Below, piece after piece: positions 23,601 to 34,057 of a stretch of 46,619 nucleotides of DNA. Each line of letters starts with the position of its first letter. The stretch's first letter is position 1. Below the pieces are notes generated by a model. That model was not told the origin of the DNA. It searched no databases and saw nothing but the letters and a program-made list of their open reading frames with translations. The DNA lies in contig NW_013657673.1 of assembly GCF_000142905.1 (NCBI RefSeq), positions 571,976 to 618,594 of the forward strand, written 5' to 3'. Both the position numbers and the translations under genes were made by a program. Source of the DNA: Thecamonas trahens ATCC 50062. Its lineage: Eukaryota; Protista; Apusomonadida.

Positions 23601-26600
23601 CTTCAGCCGGGATGGCAGGTGTTTGGGCCCGGCAGCGTGTCGCTGGTGACCGGCGGGTTCGAGGCCGGGCATGAGCGGCCGCGTGCGGCGTGCAGCCTGC
23701 TGACCAAGACGCGTAAGATGCTTGCGGACGGGTTTTCGGCAGGCGTGCTCGTGAGCGTGGGGCCATCGGCAGCAGCGGGCCTCCTGGAGGCTCGCGGCGG
23801 TGCCGGATCTGTGGTTGCTGGGCGTGCGGGCCTTGTGTTTTCCGATGAGTTGGAGGCCGGTGAGCCTGCGCCGCGGGGGCGGGTGGTTGTTGGTTTTGAG
23901 TTTGGGGTGGAGACGCGGTTGGTGATGCGGTCGTGGGACTGTGACGGTGGCGGGCGAGTGTGGGGGGCCGTGAGCGGCCGCGATGGGCTGTCTGTCATCA
24001 ACGACGGTTTCGAGCACGAGCTGGGCGTGGTTTTTGAGGCAGTGCGTGGAGACGCCGGTGTTTGCCGTGTGAGCGTGGACGGCGACGAGCTGTTGGTGGT
24101 GGCGATGCCTTCTGGCTTTGCTGGGATGCTGCCACTGGGGCACGTAGGTGTGGGCGTGGTCAACGGCGCTGCGGCGACGATCAACGCCGAGTTTCGGTGC
24201 CTCTCGTACAGCTACGGCGGGCCTGCGAGCCTGCGAGCTGGGGTGGTGGCAGAGGTGAGCAAGTGCGAGGCGCCGCCGGTGCCATGGGTGCTCACGATTG
24301 GCGGGTACGGATTCCGGACCAAGGGCGGGGTGGACATGGGCGGTGTTGAGGCCGGAGCAACTGTACCGCCGATGATGATTGGTGTGGCCGCGACGGACCG
24401 GGCGGCGCTCTCGCCGCTGCGTGGGCCGCGAGGCCGGGGCCGCGGGCGGAGTCGGGGCCGGGGCCAGGGCCAAAGAGGTTTGGGCCGAGGTCGAGGTCGA
24501 GGCCGAGGCCGGGGGCGTGGAGGGCGGCGCGGGCCGGGTGCTGGCTTGCTTGGCGGCGTGCAGCTTGTGGTGTCACCAGGGATGGCTGTGGAGTCTGGGC
24601 TGGTGAGCGTGCAGAGTGCAAGCCCTGTTGGCGATCATGTACGGCGAGGCAACCGAGACGGCGGCGGCGGTGTGGAGCGCCGGTGGATGGACGGAGGTGG
24701 GAGTGGAGGGCAGCGGCGTGGCGGCGAAGTTCTCGCGGGGCTCGAGTCTCGTCTAGTGCTCGACGAGTATGGAATGATCTCGCTGGACGACGGCGAGTAC
24801 GCGAGCGGCGGCCATACGCTGGCAGATGGTGCGCGGTTTGGGCACACGAGCGTGAGCAACTACGCGCAGACCAAGGTGTTTGTGTTTGGTGGGTATGGGG
24901 CGAGCGGGCTCGCGCTGGACTCTGTTGTTGTGGGCAAGGTTGTGCGAGACGGGGTGGAGAGCTGGCAACGGATGGGCCGGAGCAAGGGCAGCGGAAGCGA
25001 GGTGCCGCGCGGGCGGGCGTGGCATGCTGCGGTTCAGCTCGGCGGGTACGGCGGGGCGAGCAAGATGGTTGTGATTGGCGGCGAGTATGTGACGGAGCGC
25101 GGTGTGCAGTATCTCGGCGATGTGTGGGAGCTGGAGACTGAGCGCGAGGAGTGGCGTGCTGTTGTGGTACGCGGCAAGTTTGAAGCGCGGTCGATGCATA
25201 GCGCGGTGGCTGTGGGCCTTGCGGGTGGCGACGGCGGAAGCGGCGGGGTGGGACTCGCGGGCGGGAGCCAGTTGGTGTATGTGTTTGGCGGACGCGGGCG
25301 GCGCGGGTATCTGGACGACGTGGTGAGCTACAACGGAGTGAGCCGGGTGTTCAGTTCTGTGAGTACGTGGGGAGCACGACCGCTGGGGCGAGCGGGGCAT
25401 AGCGCGAGCGCGGTGGGCAAGTTCATGTATGTGTTTGGCGGGCGGAGCGGAGGCGGGCTGCTGGGCGATCTTGCACGGCTGGACGTGCAGAGTGGCGAGT
25501 GGAGCCAGGTACTGCTTGCAACTTCGGGCGAGTTGCCGCTGGGACGGTTTGGCGGTGTCATGTGCATGGGCGGTGAACGTATGGTTGTGTACGGCGGATG
25601 GACGGAGAGTGGAGGCTGCGGGTGGGCGAACGACGTGTGGCATGGCGAGGTGGAGGAGGAGGCGCTTGGGCCAGGCGAGGTGGGCGAGGGCGGGATGGGC
25701 CGACTGGGTATGCGGATGCTACCTGGCGTGCAGCAGACGAGGCGACAGGCCGCCCGTGCGGGCCGAGCAGTGCTGGCTCGGCGGGCGACGGCGCCTGTGG
25801 TGGGGACGATGTCTGTCAAGACGCCGTTTGTGATGGGCGGCTCGGGAGTTGCGCTTGCGCCGTGGCGGGTGTGGCCGCAGGCGTGCAAGGTGACGGGCAA
25901 CGGGCTGTACAGCGGGCGGGCGGGCGAGGAGCGCCGGGTGGTGGTTGCTGTGGCGGACGGGCGTGGCGAGGCGTACGAGTATGCGCTCGGGGCGCGGCAA
26001 CGGATTGTGGTTGTGGCTGCGGGGCGGTCGTGGTTCTGGGGCTCCAAGGCAGGCGCGCGGATGAAGGTGGCGACCGAGGCCGAGGCGATCGGGCGCGGGG
26101 TGTACGGTGCGCAGTTTGTGCTCGACAGGATCGGAGTTTACGAGGTGGCGGTGTACTTTGAAGACGAGGACCACTGGCCGGTGCGGACAGCGATCGCGCG
26201 GCGGGTATGCGAGGTGACTGCAGGCGAGGTCGACGCGGCGCAGAGCGTCGTGCTTGCCGAACCGAAGAGCAGCGTGAGCGCCAACGAAATGGTGGAGTGG
26301 CGGGTGGCGCTCCGCGACGAACACGGCAATCCGGTGGCCGGCAGCGAGCTGGAGGCAAGCCCCGCGGGCGGGCGGGTGATGGACCACGGCGACGGGACGT
26401 ACACGGCGCTGTGGGCATTTGTCCACGTCGGGCAATACAGCCTGGCACTTGCACGGGCTGGGCTGGTTGCGCCGGTTTGCGTGCGGGCTGGGCCGATGTG
26501 CGGACACAAGGCTGAGGTGCGGAGAACGAGTGAGGCAGCTGAGCTCGGGGCGTGGCGGCGGCTGCTAGAGGTGGGCGCTGCGCGCGACGAGTGGGGCAAC

Positions 26601-26864
26601 CCGAGCGTGGTCGGGCTCTGTGCCGAGGCTGTCGGCGGGCTCGCAGCCACCAAGATTGCTATCGACGACGACGGCAAGGCCGTGGTCGACGTCAAGTCGT
26701 TTGTGGCCGGGCGGAGCATCCAGATCCGGGTGACGTTGGCCGGCGGGCGGTTGGACGTAGAGGGCTCGCCGGTTGAGATTGTTGTGGCAACCGAGAGTGA
26801 CGACGAGAAGGACGATGAGGGCGAGAGTGGCAGCGTGCCGATCATGATTGTGATGCCCGAGTAA
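13572..26864 (+). CDS. Giant multidomain protein, ~4,430 aa: L-type (legume/ConA-like) lectin domains, 4 OmpA-C-like domains, Cys/His linkers, RG-rich stretch, kelch repeats, filamin/Ig repeats; start uncertain
   Basis: Four consecutive overlapping + ORFs (13572..18410, 18323..20248, 20080..23061, 23001..26864) join by single-base additions at homopolymers 18402-06, 20084-86 and 23023-28; the 18402 junction lies inside an OmpA-like domain. Lectin signature GDGFALVLQ...GNGYAGIRNAIALEFD; kelch RAGHSA...MYVFGG; filamin GNGL and DHGDGTYT. Confidence 0.8.
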
Positions 26865-26926
26865 AACGGATGTGGGCGAGTTGATGGCTGTGGGCGGCAA
26901 GACTCGACTCGCAGAACTTGGGCAAG

Positions 26927-29582
26927 ATGAGCGTGTCGGTTAAGGTCATGTTTGCGCCAAACCCGCCTGTGGACATGACGTTCAACCCAAACGGAACGTT
27001 CTACGATGCCATTACGGCTGCGTCTACAGCATGCCGAGTGGTGGGTCGTCCACCTGCTGATCTCGTCCTTGTCCATGCCACCTCCCGAAAGGCAGTGTCG
27101 CAAGAGGTAGGGAAGCAGGGGGGGGGGTGGGGGGTTGGGGGGTGGCGGTTGTTTTCTGGCTCTCGTCTGGTTTGCCCGCGGGCATGGGTGGCTTCTTTCG
27201 TCGACATGCATTCGTTGTTGTGTGAGGGGGCGTGGGGGGAAAGGGGGCGGGGCTGAGGGAGGGGGGAGGGGGGGGGGGGGGAGAGGGGGGAGAGGGGAGG
27301 GGAGGGGAGGGAGGGGGGAGAAGGAGGGGGGAATTGGGGAGGAGGGGGAGGAGGGAGGAGGGGAGGGGGAGGAAGGCGGGGAAGGGGGAGGGGGGAGTCT
27401 TCTGGCGTGACCTGTCATTTTTTGGCCATGGCTGTTTCAGATTGGCATCGGTTGCGTTGCATGCATGCAATGCATGGTACGGTGGCTAGAGGTGGGAGAG
27501 GACTCATGGAAAGAGTGAGGGCCCTGGGCTCTTTGGGCGTGGATAATTGTAGGAATGGGGCTCGCAATGGATTGCTGAGCTGGATGGAGAGACGCTGGAG
27601 CTGCAGCTGGGGGCGAAGATTGCGGTGCCGATGGCGATTGATGCGCTGAAGCACGACGACCGCAAGATCTTTGTGGAGCTGAAGAAGCGGCTGATGGAGG
27701 ACGAGTTTGCGTCGGTGTTTATCGACGCCAGCGGGCTCAGTGAGCTCATTCGGCTGGTGAAGGAGAGCAAGGGCAACCTGCTCGCAGCAGTGCTTGCGGT
27801 GCTGCCGCTGGCGATGAACTACGCCGAGTGGTCGATTCTGAGCGAGGATGTGGTGTTCAAGATTGCGGAAGGCATCACGTCGCCCAAGTCGAACATTGTG
27901 TCCAACTCGCTGGCGCTGATGCAAGGATATGGAAGCTCAGGGCCTGAGGCTGTTGCGGTCCTCCGGGCGGCGGTTCTCGCGCTTACGGGGCGACGAGCGC
28001 CGGGCCGCCGTCCAAGCCGTACGAGGCCGTGGTCAAGGCGCTGGTCAACTCTGCGGATCTCAACGTGCGGGCCCATGCACTGTCTGTGATCACGACGCTC
28101 CTGCTTGCGACCAAGATGGGAGATGAGCGAAACGCCATGATCGCGGCGCTCTCCGAGCTCGACTTTCCGACCGAGGTCAAGAACCTGGTGATGGACACGT
28201 CGTCGGGCTTTGCCGAGTCTAGCGAAACGCGGGCGTTCATGACAGCGTGGCTGGAGCCAAAGCAGGCTCTGCTCCAGGAGTCGTTCTCGTACGACAAGAC
28301 TGAGCATGCGGACAAGCTTGCGATGCTGTGGCACACGGTGTACCCGACGGAGCAGCTCGAGGGCGAGGTGACGACGCAGTGGAAGAAGTTTGGCTTTGCC
28401 AACGCGGATCCGCGGGCAGACATGAATCGGACGGGAGTGTTTGGCCTCCACTGCCTCCACTACATGTGCTGCAAGGACCCGGTGGAGTTTGCGACACTCA
28501 TCCAGTCGCAGCAGACGCGGACGGACCGCGACTATCCGCTGGCAGGCGCGGCGATGAGCATGGCGGATCTTGTGGCAAAGGAGTTTGCGCTCAAGGCAAA
28601 CGAGCATGACGTGGCGCCTGCCATTCTGCTCGACCACCCAAACGCAGTGGAGGAGATCTTCTGCGTGTGCGTCAATGTGGCGGACCAGATCTGGGTCTCG
28701 TTTGGAGGCGAGTACATTGACTATCCGATGGTGGTGGCCATTGCGCGCAAGACGCTGCAGGAGGTGCTTGGACGGCGGCCGTCGAGCATTGATGCGCTTG
28801 TCCGCGCAGCCGGGCAGGCGGTGACACAGCTCAAGGCCAAGGCCGGATCGATCGAGGAGACGTTTGCGGCGATGGGACTCACGGCCGAGACGGCCGAGAC
28901 GGAGCAGACGCTGGCGATGAAGGCCGCACTGGTGGAGGAGATGATGCCGGTGGTGAAGGAGCAGCTGAAGGCGGTGCTCATGCGCGGCGTCCCGCTCTTC
29001 TTCCCGCCGTCGGGCAAGGTCAAGCAGCCGGTCGGCGTGCGGCTCCAACTCAACTCTCTCGGCAGCCTGCTAGCGTTCACGGCCAAGGATGCGGCTGGCG
29101 AGGCCGCCATCGGTGGCGTGGTCCAGGTCCCGGTCGCCTCGATTGCCGATGTGGTGACCGGTGGCACATGCCCGATGTTTGCCGATCCCAAGAAGCAGGT
29201 CTCGCTCGACAAGGCGCTGTCGATCGCGCTCTTGCTAGCGACACCCATCGGCCCCGAGGACAACCCGCAGGTCGCCGTCCAGTTTGCCGCCACCGACCGG
29301 CGCACGTTTGCCACCGTCACCGAGGGCATCCGGTCGCTCCTCGGCCGGCCGCTCGAGGCCGAGACCTCAATCGAGGACGCCGAGCGGCTGGCAGACATGC
29401 AGCTCCGCATCCGTCTCATCGAGCTCGACGGCGACGTCAACCTGCCAACTGTCGAGCCCGCCCTTCCGCCGCCGCCGCCCTCGTTCGCCTTTGTTGTTCC
29501 CGAGGCCGATCTTGTGCTTGCTGGGCGCGAGCAGCCGTTCCGGGTGCCGAACGAGATCGTGGCCCCGTCGTCGTCGTCGTAA
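26927..29582 (+). CDS. ELMO: ELMO/CED-12 engulfment and cell motility protein, ~736 aa (ubiquitin-like N-terminus, ARM, ELMO, PH, PxxP); exons 26927-27106 and 27553-29582
   Basis: Phase-0 intron GTAGGG...TGTAG. ELMO domain WKKFGFANADPRAD...GVFGLHCLHY...DYPLA; PH-like VASIADVVTGGTCP...VQFAATDRRTF; C-terminal PALPPPPPSFAF. One G added to GGGG at 27987-27990 joins the two ORFs. Confidence 0.88.
27113..27400 (+). repeat. G-rich low-complexity tract in the ELMO intron
   Basis: Many G3-G10+ runs separated by A. Confidence 0.9.
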
Positions 29583-30052
29583 ACAACTATTGCTTTGAGC
29601 ATGGGGGTGACGCGCATGAGCATTGGCGAGAAAATGGTGATCAAGAAAACGGTGCCGCCGCACACGACAGAGAGATCAGACGGTGGAAAGAAACAGGTCA
29701 CGACAATTGATTTGCACCAGATGCAGACCAGTGGCACACGTTTGGCTACGTTGTTGTGTTGGGTGACGGATGGTTGATGCGATGGGGGGAGGGGGGGGGG
29801 GGGGGGGGGGAAAGGAAAGGAGGGGGATCCTCTTTTTCTTAAAAAACCCATGGGGAACGGGGGTTCTACCATCGCCACCCACGGGGTTACCGCCCCGCAA
29901 ACCTTTTACCTCGTTGACCAGGGACTGGGATCCCTGAAACAGGCCTCAAGCCTTTTGATGGGGGTGGGTGGGGGGGGCAGGGCCTGTCTCGTACCACGCT
30001 GCTCTTGATTGTCTTTCCCGGCGCCCCCCCCACCCGAACATGATCTAAAAAG

Positions 30053-30630
30053 NNNNNNNNNNNNNNNNNNNNNNNNNNNNNNNNNNNNNNNNNNNNNNNN
30101 NNNNNNNNNNNNNNNNNNNNNNNNNNNNNNNNNNNNNNNNNNNNNNNNNNNNNNNNNNNNNNNNNNNNNNNNNNNNNNNNNNNNNNNNNNNNNNNNNNNN
30201 NNNNNNNNNNNNNNNNNNNNNNNNNNNNNNNNNNNNNNNNNNNNNNNNNNNNNNNNNNNNNNNNNNNNNNNNNNNNNNNNNNNNNNNNNNNNNNNNNNNN
30301 NNNNNNNNNNNNNNNNNNNNNNNNNNNNNNNNNNNNNNNNNNNNNNNNNNNNNNNNNNNNNNNNNNNNNNNNNNNNNNNNNNNNNNNNNNNNNNNNNNNN
30401 NNNNNNNNNNNNNNNNNNNNNNNNNNNNNNNNNNNNNNNNNNNNNNNNNNNNNNNNNNNNNNNNNNNNNNNNNNNNNNNNNNNNNNNNNNNNNNNNNNNN
30501 NNNNNNNNNNNNNNNNNNNNNNNNNNNNNNNNNNNNNNNNNNNNNNNNNNNNNNNNNNNNNNNNNNNNNNNNNNNNNNNNNNNNNNNNNNNNNNNNNNNN
30601 NNNNNNNNNNNNNNNNNNNNNNNNNNNNNN
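30053..30630. other. Assembly gap (578 N)
   Basis: Run of N flanked by homopolymer-rich sequence. Confidence 0.99.
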
Positions 30631-31036
30631 GGGGGGGAGGGGGGGGGGAAGGCGACAAGGGCAGGCAAGGGATGTACCATGTGTAGGTATGGGAGTAGGG
30701 TGAGTGGCTCACTCTGGGTTATGGTGGGTATGTGCTGTGGTATGTGCTGTGGGCGGCCGTCTGGCTTGGCTGGCTGGCTGGCTGGCTGGCGGACTTGGCG
30801 GACGGGTCGGCCTGGCGGACGGGTCGGCCTGGCATGGCATGTCATGGCATGTCATTGTATGGGATGACATGGTATGACATGGTATGGTATGGCTGTGCCT
30901 GGATTGTCTGGTGGCGCGGTCGGACGGTCGGACGCGGGTGCGTGGTGCTCCCCGGCTCCCGATGCCAATGCTGATGTCGATGGCGGTACTATGGCAATGC
31001 CGCGATGTCGATGCTGATGTATGGTGACGGCAACAG

Positions 31037-31542
31037 TTTGCCATCGGTTGGTGGATGTGGATCGATGCTCATGCGTATGTGGACCACATCAACGACAAGG
31101 CCATCGGCTTTGACTTTTACATCCCCGGCCTGCTCTCCACTGGCGGCCTCGTCATGTACGCAAGCTCTATCGTGCTTCCCCCACCCCCACCCTGACCCCT
31201 CCCTGTCGTCTCTTACTCCCCTCGCTCACTCACGTTGCATGCTCTCCGCCACGCCACAGGATGAACCTGGTCTCGCCCGGCCAGCTCAGCAACGACGCCA
31301 GCTCGATGTTCTCCAACGGGTCGGCCGACCGTGCGCGGGTCTTCTTCCTCATTGCCCTCGTCATTACCTTTGCTGGTGTCATTGGCGGGTTCTGGATCAT
31401 GGCCGCCCACTACGCTAGCGACTCGGACAAGGTCAAGACCACATGGCCCGGCGCCGCCATCGTTCTCCAGCAGCTCTGCCTCCTCGCATCAGGCCTTATC
31501 TTCTTCTTTGGTCGCGACGAGGGCGAGGCGTCGTCCTTCTAA
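31037..31542 (+). CDS. VPS68: Vps68/TMEM50 (UPF0220) family membrane protein; 5' exon missing, probably in the gap; exons 31037-31155 and 31260-31542
   Basis: After acceptor CAG: FAIGWWMWIDA...IPGLLSTGGLVM. Intron GTACGC...CAG in phase 2, then MNLVS...RARVFFLIA...WPGAAIVLQQ...IFFFGR. Confidence 0.88.
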
Positions 31543-31746
31543 AGCAACACCTCCTCCCCTTCCCTGCTGCACACCAGATCAACCCTTCTCTGCTGCACAC
31601 CAGAAGACCCAGTTGCAGAGCGCGGAAGCTCCCGTCGTAGCTGGCACTGTTCAGCCCCCCCCCCCTCGCCCCCCCCCCCCCCCCTCCCTCCTCCCCCCCT
31701 GGGTAGCCAGCAAACACCGCACTCGCTGTCACCTCGCGCGACAGTG

Positions 31747-32751
31747 ATGGCAACCTGGGGTGGAAAGGGCGAGACGGAAGGAGGTGGCAGTGCGACGGCG
31801 GTGGCGGCGACGGCGGTGGCGGCAGCGACGACGACGACCGAGGCAGAGGCGAGCGGCGGGACGGACGATGCGCGGTGGGCTTGGGGCGAGTTCTGCAAGC
31901 TCGTGGCGCGTGCGCCGGGAGACAAGGCGGTGGTCAAGGCCTTTGCGGGCTTGCCCGGGGCAGAGACGCTTTACTTTCGATCCGGAAAGGCGCTGTATCT
32001 CCTGCTGCTTAAGTACTCGGTCATCGGCTACGTGGAGGACGAGGCAAGCGGCGGTCTGCTCGACACGCGTGCTCTGTTTGGTATCGGATCAGCGGCGCCG
32101 GTCCGCGAGGGCGTGCTCAGCATTGTTGGGTTGGAGCGGCTGACCAACGTGCAGATGGCCATGGCCACCGTGCTCGCCGAGAAGGTGCCCGGCGATGTGC
32201 TCGAGGCTGGCGTCTGGCGCGGTGGCGTGCTTGTGGTCATGGCAGGCATGTTGCACATATCTGGCGCCGCCGCCGCGGGCCGCACCATCTATGGCGCAGA
32301 CTCGTTTGCAGGCCTGCCTGATGTTGGCAGCTCATCGAATCCCGATGAGAGCTCGCGATTTGCTGCTGGCGACTTTGCGGTGAGCAAAGAGGAGGTCGAG
32401 AGCATCTTATCTGCCTATGGCCTCGCCGAGCGGGTCACCCTTGTGGAAGGCTGGTTTGAGGAGAGTCTTCCACCGCTGGCCGAGGTAGGCCTGCAGCTGG
32501 CTCTTCTCCGCGTCGACGGCGATCTGTACGCCTCGACATGGACCGTCCTCACCACGCTCTACGACGCCGTCGTTCCTGGCGGCTTTGTCATCATTGACGA
32601 CTACGGCGCGCTAGCCTGTTGCCGCGCTGCCGTCGATGCCTTTCGACGCCAGCGCGGCATTGTCACGCCGCTCATCTGGGTCGACCTCTCGGCAGTGTAC
32701 TGGCGCAAGGAGCGACACCTTGCTTGGGCAGGACTAGCAGAGAGCTCATAA
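31747..32751 (+). CDS. TylF/MycF/NovP-family SAM-dependent O-methyltransferase (macrocin O-methyltransferase-like)
   Basis: Motifs GLERL, VPGDVLEAGVWRGG, ADSFAGLP, GWFEESLP, LLRVDGDLYAST, PGGFVIIDDY and VYWRK; intronless. Confidence 0.93.
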   Translation: MATWGGKGETEGGGSATAVAATAVAAATTTTEAEASGGTDDARWAWGEFCKLVARAPGDKAVVKAFAGLPGAETLYFRSGKALYLLLLKYSVIGYVEDEASGGLLDTRALFGIGSAAPVREGVLSIVGLERLTNVQMAMATVLAEKVPGDVLEAGVWRGGVLVVMAGMLHISGAAAAGRTIYGADSFAGLPDVGSSSNPDESSRFAAGDFAVSKEEVESILSAYGLAERVTLVEGWFEESLPPLAEVGLQLALLRVDGDLYASTWTVLTTLYDAVVPGGFVIIDDYGALACCRAAVDAFRRQRGIVTPLIWVDLSAVYWRKERHLAWAGLAESS

Positions 32752-33049
32752 CTTTGTCCCTTCCCCAAACCACCGTCCATGCGGGCATGGTCATTGCTCC
32801 TCCTTGCACTGCATTGGACGATGTGGCTGAAGCCATGGCTTGTGTGGCTGCGTTGGCTGCTACTCCGTCTTGGGACACATGAGCTTGGGAGTGCTCGAGC
32901 CACTGACTCGAGGCGCGCCTCTGCAATATGGCTGTAAGCCTTGGCAAGGCGTGCTCGGTCCGAGCCAGATCCCAAGCCTTGGTTGGGCCCGTGCTCCGTG
33001 CGTTGGTCGTCTCACGCCGCTACACCTGGCTTTTCACTTCTTCTGAAAC

Positions 33050-34016
33050 ATGTCGAAGCGTCGCACCAAGCGCAAGTCGTCGTTCGGCATCGCGAGCGAG
33101 GTACGCATGAGGGGCAAGGAGCGAAATGCAGCAATGCACACGCAACTTGGGTAGTTGACCTGCCTCTGCGCATGTGATGTTTCTTGCAGGACGTGCTTGT
33201 GTGCAGGGACGGCCGGGAGGGTGCGCGTGCGCTGGGGGCCAAAGTCTCGTTTTTCACCCGAACTCACTGCATCAGGCGCGGGGGCGACCAAACTCACCCT
33301 GTGGCGAACGGCATGGGGCGGTTGCGGGACGGTTGCCATGCGGTGCGTGTAAGGACAGGATACTCTTACTTCGGACACCATTGGTACGTGCGAAGAAGCA
33401 GGCTGTGTGTGGTTGTGGGCTCACGGGTGGTTGTGGTTGTGGTTGTGGGGGCGGGGAGCGGGCAGCGGCCACCAGTGGGCGCCTGACGTCGGTTGGGGCA
33501 TTTTTTTGCGCAGGTTCCTTTCTTTGGTAGTCTGTGAGGGGGGCGGTAACTCACATTTGATGGCAATGATTGCGGGTTGCAGCCGAGTACAAGGAGCTCT
33601 TCGAGTACATTGATGGCGAGGGCAAGGGCTACATCACCAAATCGGACTTGTCGAACCAGCTCATGTCGAACGGGATCCGCAAGACGGCCAAGGAGATCGA
33701 CGACCTGTGGAAGTCTGCCGGCGGTGGCTCGCAGTGCGACTTCAACTCGTTTGTCATGATGATCGACGCCAAGAACTCGACACTGGTGCCGAGCGCAACG
33801 CTCAAGGAGGCTATCGACACCATCGACCGCAACGAGCTCGGTTTCGGTGCCGATCCCTCTGGCCGCATCCTTGCCGACCGCCTCGAGGAAATGCTCCTCG
33901 AGCTCGGCGACAAGCTGTCGGGCGAGGAGGTGGATGCCTTCATGTCGTCGCTCAAGATCGATGGCCGCGGCTACACCGAGACCGAAGCCATGCTCAACCT
34001 CCTTCTCAACAACTAG
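33050..34016 (+). CDS. EF-hand protein, myosin regulatory light chain/calmodulin-like; exon 1 33050-33100, last exon 33583-34016, middle micro-exon unresolved
   Basis: Exon 1 MSKRRTKRKSSFGIASE with donor GTACGC; last exon AEYKELFEYIDGEGKGYITKSDL...LGDKLSGEEVD. The phases require a 3n+1 middle exon; candidates start at 33190 or 33514. Confidence 0.8.
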
Positions 34017-34057
34017 CTGACCCGCGTCTGGCTCGTAAAGTACCCATCACCTTGCGC

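Noticed and set aside
29906-30845. ORFs spanning the N gap
   Set aside because: Artefacts of translating N.
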